49,154 bases of DNA, taken from the sequence record MW748993.1. One strand, given 5' to 3'. The notes beneath the pieces were generated by a model. That model saw nothing but the letters and a program-made list of their open reading frames with translations, had not been told where the DNA came from and searched no databases. Source of the stretch: Pseudomonas phage BUCT566. A program made the translations under genes and the position numbers. Of this stretch, positions 43,865-49,154 are shown piece after piece. The stretch's first letter is position 1; each line of letters begins with the position of its first letter.

Positions 43865-44442
43865 TGATCTACACCAGCATTCGGTCGGCAGTCGTCTCTG
43901 CCTTGGCGGCGGAAACCATCGACAACACTGCAAAGCAAGCCTGGCAGAAGCTCTACCAGCCAGGGTATGCAGAGAGCGAGGGTTTAGCTGGGCTGATCAG
44001 GGGCTCGAACACTTCAGGCATCAAGCGCATAGACGCTGATTGCTGGGTGCATGCCCGGCTGCACAGCCAGCTCAAGCCGCGGCACTGGAACGCGCTTGTG
44101 GCGAAGTACAGCACTCACAAGGCAAAGAAGGTCGAGTCCATCAGTGCGCTGGTGCCAGTTATTGCAAGCCACGCGCCTCAATTATTCGTGATGAAGGCCG
44201 TAACTGCCTGGGCGATCCCGCAGTTGAAGGGAGTCGAGGGGAAACGTTCCAGCGACATGATCGTCCTGCCTCAGCAGTTCTATGACATCAACTCTTGGGA
44301 TTCCCAGGGGTTGAACAGGACTACCTACTGGAGGTGGAAGAAAGGTGTCGAGCGAACCCTGGATGAAATGATCAACGAGGCACTTAATGATTCTGAGAAT
44401 ATTCTTCGAAGAGAAGGCATTTTGATTGCAGATGTCGCTTGA
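43861..44442 (+). CDS. hypothetical protein; positional candidate for late-gene regulator (Q-like)
   Basis: 193 aa, last gene before TTGACA promoter + terminator + late genes; no recognisable Q motif. Confidence 0.3.
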   Translation: MMIYTSIRSAVVSALAAETIDNTAKQAWQKLYQPGYAESEGLAGLIRGSNTSGIKRIDADCWVHARLHSQLKPRHWNALVAKYSTHKAKKVESISALVPVIASHAPQLFVMKAVTAWAIPQLKGVEGKRSSDMIVLPQQFYDINSWDSQGLNRTTYWRWKKGVERTLDEMINEALNDSENILRREGILIADVA

Positions 44443-44467
44443 CAGTGGCGCAACAATGCAACAAACT
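44439..44467 (+). promoter_or_regulatory. candidate late promoter (PR'-like)
   Basis: perfect TTGACA overlapping stop of upstream gene, 17-nt spacer, weak CAAACT -10. Confidence 0.3.
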
Positions 44468-44514
44468 TTTCCCATCCTGCTGATCTTGCGCGTTTGAGGA
44501 TTGGCGGCTTTGAG

Positions 44515-44543
44515 GCCCTGGCATCTGCCGGGGCTTTTTGTTT
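44515..44543 (+). terminator. rho-independent terminator (tR'-like)
   Basis: GCCCTGGCA-tc-TGCCGGGGC followed by TTTTTGTTT. Confidence 0.6.
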
Positions 44544-44546
44544 CGA

Positions 44547-44622
44547 CGCAGGGTGGAGAAGTGGTCATCTCGCCGGGCCCATAACCCGGAGAACGCTGGT
44601 TCGAATCCAGCCCTTGCTACCA
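44547..44622 (+). tRNA. tRNA, anticodon CAU, initiator (fMet)-like
   Basis: 76-nt cloverleaf: 7-bp acceptor with 1:72 C.U mismatch, GAGA/TCTC D-stem with GG in loop, CCGGG/CCCGG anticodon stem with 3 G-C pairs, loop CCCAUAA, TTCGAAT T-loop, discriminator A + CCA; closely parallels E. coli tRNA-fMet. Confidence 0.65.
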
Positions 44623-44683
44623 ACACGAAGGCTCAGCCATATCAGCGGACCTTCCCGTTCCCAGCCCGACGCGGAGTTCTGAA

Positions 44684-44782
44684 ATGTCTGCTGAATCGAA
44701 AGATGTTTGGCTGCTCAAGGGTATCGGCGGTGGCGCGCTGGTCCTGCTGCTCCTGGTTGGAGCGGTAGTAGTTCTGATCTGA
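44684..44782 (+). CDS. small hydrophobic peptide (32 aa)
   Basis: GGAG RBS 7 nt upstream; MSAESKDVWLLKGIGGGALVLLLLVGAVVVLI. Confidence 0.3.
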   Translation: MSAESKDVWLLKGIGGGALVLLLLVGAVVVLI

Positions 44783-45129
44783 ATCATTCTGGGTTGCGAC
44801 TACGCGGCCGAGGATGGTCAAAGGTGGGTTCCCGGCCCTACCGCGACCTAATACTCCGGGATCGCCTTGGACACGCAGGCGTTAAAGTGAAGTGGGAGCC
44901 GGTGGAAGCCCGGCACGGAGCGAATGCGCAGGCTGATGCGCTAAGAGGATACGCGGCGGCAACGTTCAGTGGGCGCTATAGCCAGCTCACCGCCATGCCG
45001 GATTCAGCACCGGCCACTCCAAATCACGCATGCGGCAGAAGAAAGCAAGGGTCACCACTGGTGATCAAGGCGAAAGCCCCGGCTCCTTGCTCTGCGGGCG
45101 TGACGCCGGCTAGTCCGGCACCTATTCAG

Positions 45130-45156
45130 AGCCCAGCCTGCGCTGGGCTTTTGTTT
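45130..45156 (+). terminator. rho-independent terminator
   Basis: AGCCCAGC-ctgc-GCTGGGCT followed by TTTGTTT; overlaps hicB stop on opposite strand. Confidence 0.55.
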
Positions 45157-45619
45157 ATGCATCGACGCCTTTCCTGACCTTCTGATGGCCGCCCGCAGCG
45201 AACTTCCGTCCTTGGACTACCTGCAAGCGTAGATTGAAAAGGGATAGTGCATTCTCGACGCTCTCCATTTTCGATGCGTGCTCAAAGTCGACCAGTCGGC
45301 CAGCGGCGGTGGGTGATATTCCAAGCCTCTCCGCCAGGTCGGCCTTGGACATGTTCTGCATGACCATCTGATTCCATAGGATGATCTTGGCGACGGTCAT
45401 CGCTGGGAGCGATATAGGGTGATCTCCTTTGCCAGACGAATGCGGGATTTCCTGCTTCCTCCCGACATAGATCGAGAGCGCCAAGGTTATCCCCTCGACG
45501 GCGTTCTCGATCAATTCTTCGAGTGAATCTCCAGCGCTGTGCGCCTCGGGAATGTCCGGGCACGATGACCAGAAATGTCCATTCTCTTCATGCGCGATGA
45601 TTTTGTATTCGTAGAGCAT
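45155..45619 (-). CDS. hicB: HicB-family antitoxin (RNase H-like fold + C-terminal HTH)
   Basis: MLYEYKIIAHEENGHFWSSCPDIPEAHSAGDSLEEL N-domain; MSKADLAERLGISPTAAGRL HTH. Confidence 0.7.
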   Translation of the reverse strand: MLYEYKIIAHEENGHFWSSCPDIPEAHSAGDSLEELIENAVEGITLALSIYVGRKQEIPHSSGKGDHPISLPAMTVAKIILWNQMVMQNMSKADLAERLGISPTAAGRLVDFEHASKMESVENALSLFNLRLQVVQGRKFAAGGHQKVRKGVDA

Positions 45620-45673
45620 GGTTGCCTCTCTAGCTGGTTGTGAGCTGATGCGTCTGTTCCGGTTAGCTAAGCC

Positions 45674-45859
45674 TCAGTCCTTGAGGCCTAGCTGTTTGAT
45701 TATGTCCTTCCTGAGTCCTTCGCCGATTTCCTTGGCGCCGTGGTTCGGGAAGATTGTCTGCCGGCCCTTGTAGGTGATCTTGAAGTGGCTACCGCTTGCT
45801 GACTTCGAGAACGCTACCCCTTGGGCTACCAGCCATCGCCGGAACTCGTTGTACTTCAT
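45674..45859 (-). CDS. hicA: HicA-family mRNA interferase toxin
   Basis: MKYNEFRRWLVAQG...GSHFK...FPNHGAKEIGEGLRKDIIKQLGL; GAGGAGAG RBS (TTG at 45862 is ORF-track start). Confidence 0.7.
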   Translation of the reverse strand: MKYNEFRRWLVAQGVAFSKSASGSHFKITYKGRQTIFPNHGAKEIGEGLRKDIIKQLGLKD

Positions 45860-45888
45860 CAACTCTCCTCTGTTCTGTTGATGGGGTT

Positions 45889-45916
45889 ATTATACTGAAC
45901 ATAAGTGTTTAATGAA
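45889..45916 (-). promoter_or_regulatory. hicAB promoter in AT-rich tract
   Basis: minus strand TTCATT-16 nt-TATAAT; flanking GAACAT...ATGTTC inverted repeat. Confidence 0.4.
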
Positions 45917-45948
45917 AACATAAATGTTCATTTAGAGGTGAATTCTAA

Positions 45949-45977
45949 GGCCCAGGCAATGACCTGGGCTTTTCTGC
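45949..45977 (+). terminator. rho-independent terminator immediately upstream of holin-like gene
   Basis: GGCCCAGG-caatga-CCTGGGC followed by TTTTCTGC. Confidence 0.55.
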
Positions 45978-45992
45978 ATCTGGAGTAAGCAA

Positions 45993-46325
45993 ATGGACCC
46001 GATGACGACCGTTGGCGGAGGTCTCTTCGCCAAGTACAGCGTCGCTATTGCCGGGTTCTGGGGGTCGATTCTGTCCCTTGGATTCCTGAGCGGCCTGAAC
46101 CGCTGGCAAGCCGCACTCGCTGTAGCAACCGGATTCGGGTGCTCAACCTATTGGACTGCTCCGGTTGCCGCATGGCTTTCGCGTGAGTACGAGATTCCAC
46201 TCGATGACGCATTTCTGAGTGGTGTCGCATTCACCATTGGTTTGCTGGCGATGAATATCATCCCCGGCCTGAAGGCGGCAGTAACGGCAATCACAGAGCG
46301 GTTCCTTCCTACGAGAGGAACCTGA
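45993..46325 (+). CDS. holin-like protein (3 TM)
   Basis: 110 aa, three hydrophobic helices, GGAGTAAG RBS; first gene after terminator. Confidence 0.45.
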   Translation: MDPMTTVGGGLFAKYSVAIAGFWGSILSLGFLSGLNRWQAALAVATGFGCSTYWTAPVAAWLSREYEIPLDDAFLSGVAFTIGLLAMNIIPGLKAAVTAITERFLPTRGT

Positions 46326-46327
46326 TC

Positions 46328-46600
46328 ATGATCATGTCGATTCTGGCGGCGCTGGATGCGCTGCTATGTGTGCTTGTCGTTGTGGCTGCGCTGGAGTTCT
46401 TGCGCACAGTACAGTTGTCTGGGCAGCCGCTACTGGGTATCTCCTTCTACCTGGTGGCTGGTGGTGCATTCGGAATCCTGTACGGAATCATGAAGGGCGC
46501 ACCGGTTAATCCATTTTCGGTGATCCTCCATGCTGGGCTCGTACTTTACGCCTGGTCCCGCCGCCGGCAGATATTCGGAAGCGACTGGTCGTGGAACTGA
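46328..46600 (+). CDS. small multi-TM membrane protein (holin/antiholin-like)
   Basis: 90 aa, 3 hydrophobic segments. Confidence 0.4.
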   Translation: MIMSILAALDALLCVLVVVAALEFLRTVQLSGQPLLGISFYLVAGGAFGILYGIMKGAPVNPFSVILHAGLVLYAWSRRRQIFGSDWSWN

Positions 46601-47220
46601 AGCGACCTCACCCTCCAGAGACGATCGGGCAGTTCGCGGAAGGCGAAGATTGGGCGGATGCCTTTGTCCCCGCTCAGGATGTTCTGGCTTGGGCGAAGTC
46701 AGTGTTAATCGATCCGAACGGAATCCTGGGCAATGAAGACCACGCCCACCTACAAGACGCTCCTCTCGCTTTCCTATGGGCTGCCTCCAGCTTCACCAAG
46801 CAGGGGAGGACGGTACTGGGTCAGTGCGAAGAGGTGACGTTCCGCTGTGGAGTCTGGCAGAAGGGAAGGCAGGAACAGCAGATGATCCGTTGGTTCGGAT
46901 ACCTGCCGAGGTTTCTGATCACCCTGGCTGCTGACTACTGCTCCCAGTGCTCCGACGCGGAGTTCTGCGCATTGGTCGAGCATGAGCTCTACCACATCTG
47001 CCAAGAGCACAACCAATATGGCGAGCCCAAGTTCACCGAGGAGGGCTTTCCAAAGCTGAAGCTCCGCGGGCATGACGTCGAGGAGTTCGTCGGCGTGGTG
47101 AGGCGGTACGGCCCAAGCAAGGACGTGCGGCATCTCATCGACGCTGCTAGCAGGCCTCCAGAGGTGGCCAAAATCAACATTTCGAGAGCCTGCGGTACGT
47201 GCCTGCTGAAGTCGGCATAG
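46591..47220 (+). CDS. HExxH-motif putative zinc metallopeptidase
   Basis: GTG start after GGAAG; ALVEHELYHICQEH; 209 aa. Confidence 0.4.
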   Translation: MELKRPHPPETIGQFAEGEDWADAFVPAQDVLAWAKSVLIDPNGILGNEDHAHLQDAPLAFLWAASSFTKQGRTVLGQCEEVTFRCGVWQKGRQEQQMIRWFGYLPRFLITLAADYCSQCSDAEFCALVEHELYHICQEHNQYGEPKFTEEGFPKLKLRGHDVEEFVGVVRRYGPSKDVRHLIDAASRPPEVAKINISRACGTCLLKSA

Positions 47221-47251
47221 CCACGACAGGCCCATGACAGGAAGAAAAACG

Positions 47252-47719
47252 ATGGCAACCCTGAACAGCGACGTGAAGGCGTTCATCGTTCAGGCGCTGG
47301 CCTGTTTCGATACGCCATCCCAGGTTGCGGAATCGGTCAAGAAGGAATACGGCATCGAGGTCAGTCGGCAGCAGATCGAGTCGCACGACCCGAACAAGGT
47401 GTGCAGCAAGGGCCTTGCCGCGAAGTGGCGGATCCTCTTCGAGGACACCCGCAAGCGCTTCCGCGAGGAGATCGCCGACATCCCGATCGCCAACCGCGCC
47501 TACCGACTGAGGGCATTGGGTCGGATGGCTGAGCGCGCCGAGGGCATGCGAAACATGGCCCTGGCTGCCCAGCTTTACGAGCAGGCCGCCAAGGAGTCGG
47601 GTGGCATGTACAGCAACAAGCACCAGCTCGAGCATTCTGGCCCTGGCGGAGGTCCGATCCCGACAATGCCGACCACCATCCAGCTTGTGGCGCCAGGCCA
47701 TGACCACGGCGAAGATTGA
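47252..47719 (+). CDS. terminase small subunit (DUF2280-like)
   Basis: MATLNSDVKAFIVQALACFDTPSQVAE N-terminus recalled as DUF2280 TerS family; AGGAAG RBS; immediately upstream of and overlapping TerL. Confidence 0.5.
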   Translation: MATLNSDVKAFIVQALACFDTPSQVAESVKKEYGIEVSRQQIESHDPNKVCSKGLAAKWRILFEDTRKRFREEIADIPIANRAYRLRALGRMAERAEGMRNMALAAQLYEQAAKESGGMYSNKHQLEHSGPGGGPIPTMPTTIQLVAPGHDHGED

Positions 47720-48956
47720 GCTTCCGCCAAAGCTGATACCAGTCTTCTCCGGCCCTGCCCGGTACCGCGGCGCCCATGGTGGACGAGGCAGTGCCAAAAC
47801 GCGCACGTTCGCCAAGATGACGGCAGTAAGGGCGTACATGTACGCGGAGGCTGGAATCAGTGGCGTGATCCTCGGGGCGCGCGAGTACATGAACTCGCTT
47901 GAAGAGTCCTCCATGGAGGAGATCAAGCAGGCAATTCGATCCGAGCCATGGCTGGACGCGTACTTCGACATTGGTGAGAAGTACATCCGGACCAAGAATC
48001 GCCGAATTTCGTATGTGTTCTGCGGATTGCGCCATAACCTCGACAGCATCAAGTCGAAGGCCAGAATCCTGATCGCCTGGGTTGACGAGGCTGAAAACGT
48101 CAGCGAAACGGCGTGGATAAAGCTCCTGCCGACGGTTCGTGAGAACGACTCGGAGGTCTGGATTACCTGGAACCCGGAGCGCGATGGAAGCGCCACCGAC
48201 ACCCGGTTCCGGAAGAACATGCCGGCAGGCGCAAAAATCGTCGAGATGAACTACACGGACAATCCGTGGTTTCCCGATGTGCTCGATCAGGAGCGCCTGA
48301 ACGACCGGCAGACGCTGGACGACCAGACCTATGCCTGGATCTGGGATGGCGCCTACCGCGAGAACAGCGACGCTCAGATCCTTGCTGGCAAGTACCGGGT
48401 GGCCGAGTTCGAGCCTGGTCCCGATTGGGATGGCCCTTACTACGGCATCGACTGGGGGTTCAGCCAGGACCCGACTGTCGGCGTCAAATGCTGGATTTAC
48501 GACCGCAGGCTTTGGATTGAGCACGAAGCCGGAAAGGTTGGACTTGAGAACGACGATATCGCTGAGTACATGATCAGGCGCTTGCCAGGGATCGAACGAC
48601 ATGCAGTCCGAGCCGACTCGGCCAGGCCGGAGACGATCAGCCACGTCAGGAGTAAAGGGAAAGATGGCAGTCGTGCATGTCTGCCCAGGATCGAAGGTGT
48701 CGAGAAATGGAAAGGCAGCGTCGAGGACGGCATTGCCCACCTTCGCAGCTATGTCGAGATCGTGATCCATGAGCGATGCACGAAAACCCTCCGCGAGGCC
48801 AGGCTATACAGCTACAAGGTAGACCGGCAGACCGGGGATGTGCTTACCGATATCGTCGACAAGAACAACCACTACTGGGACGCCACACGCTACGCGTTGG
48901 GCCCGCTGATCAAGCGCCGCGGCGCGGTCGGTATGCTGCTACCAGGAGCCCGCTGA
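47700..48956 (+). CDS. terminase large subunit
   Basis: Walker A GAHGGRGSAKT; C-terminal nuclease-like region with conserved Asp; 418 aa from ATG 47700. Confidence 0.8.
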   Translation: MTTAKIELPPKLIPVFSGPARYRGAHGGRGSAKTRTFAKMTAVRAYMYAEAGISGVILGAREYMNSLEESSMEEIKQAIRSEPWLDAYFDIGEKYIRTKNRRISYVFCGLRHNLDSIKSKARILIAWVDEAENVSETAWIKLLPTVRENDSEVWITWNPERDGSATDTRFRKNMPAGAKIVEMNYTDNPWFPDVLDQERLNDRQTLDDQTYAWIWDGAYRENSDAQILAGKYRVAEFEPGPDWDGPYYGIDWGFSQDPTVGVKCWIYDRRLWIEHEAGKVGLENDDIAEYMIRRLPGIERHAVRADSARPETISHVRSKGKDGSRACLPRIEGVEKWKGSVEDGIAHLRSYVEIVIHERCTKTLREARLYSYKVDRQTGDVLTDIVDKNNHYWDATRYALGPLIKRRGAVGMLLPGAR

Positions 48957-49153
48957 TGGCCATCTTCATCCTCACGGAGCGCGCAACCAGCCGCTCCATG
49001 GTGGTCCGTGCTCGCTGCACGTCCTGCGCCCGCACCGTGGCGGTCGAGAACGCTGGCGCTGAAGGGACGATGGTCTGGCGCGATCCCAACCTCTCATCTG
49101 TCGAACTGGTCCGCGAGACGGACAAGCCAGGCCTAATCCTGAAATCGGACTGA
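48956..49153 (+). CDS. small protein (65 aa) between terminase and portal
   Basis: ATGA overlap with TerL stop; CTSC motif. Confidence 0.35.
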   Translation: MAIFILTERATSRSMVVRARCTSCARTVAVENAGAEGTMVWRDPNLSSVELVRETDKPGLILKSD

Positions 49154-49154
49154 C

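Noticed and set aside
44813-44872. tRNA-like fold from GGTTGCG...CGCGACC 7-bp complementarity
   Set aside because: Enclosed segment is only ~58 nt and the putative T-loop TTCCCGG lacks the conserved purine57/A58; probably coincidental
44707-45177. 156-aa + strand ORF spanning the ORF-poor region
   Set aside because: Arg/Gly/Pro/Ala-rich composition typical of spurious high-GC frames; overlaps the RBS-equipped 32-aa peptide gene in another frame; no RBS
1-49154. CRISPR array, rRNA, or insertion-sequence transposase
   Set aside because: No regularly spaced direct repeats, no rRNA-like conserved segments, no transposase-like ORF; the only TIR-bearing element (32777-32974) is non-coding

Overview
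The window is an essentially complete, high-GC (~62%) temperate lambdoid siphovirus genome in packaging-gene order. The host is most likely Pseudomonas; this is inferred from GC content, an Aca1-like gene and a hicAB module. Gene order on the + strand runs portal, Mu F-like head morphogenesis, scaffold/protease, major capsid, head-tail adaptors, major tail with Big_2 domains, chaperone and tape measure. It continues with gpM/gpL/gpK/gpJ-like tail tip proteins, a pectate-lyase-fold tailspike, a low-GC Wzy-like O-antigen polymerase moron, a GH19 endolysin and an i-spanin. A putative anti-CRISPR/aca1 cassette on the minus strand splits the i-spanin from a separate o-spanin. Next come attP (the 3' fragment of a tRNA plus ACGTGAA arm repeats), a tyrosine integrase and an excisionase. 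A long minus-strand early-left operon carries Ea22-like proteins, a PAPS-reductase-like protein, coiled-coil proteins, a terminator after ssb, SSB, an HNH endonuclease, a YqaJ exonuclease, RecT and many small proteins. The immunity region has a cI-like repressor with an S24 peptidase domain, ATTTCAG-N4-CTGAAAT operators, PL and PR promoters, Cro and a cII-like activator. The rightward operon has an O-like initiator with ori iterons, a DnaB helicase and a nin region (TraR-like, a stand-alone ClpX zinc-binding-domain protein, NinB, NinG), then a candidate late regulator. The late region starts with a TTGACA promoter and an intrinsic terminator, an initiator-type tRNA(CAU), a small peptide, an ORF-poor structured region, a hicAB moron bracketed by terminators, holin-like membrane proteins, an HExxH protein and the small and large terminase subunits. 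Notable non-genic structures are a 198-bp inverted-repeat (MITE-like) element, three copies of a hairpin+RBS intergenic repeat, a ~140-bp direct repeat encoding paralogous domains, and a G8 tract. All functional calls rest on motif recognition and gene order only; no database searches were possible.
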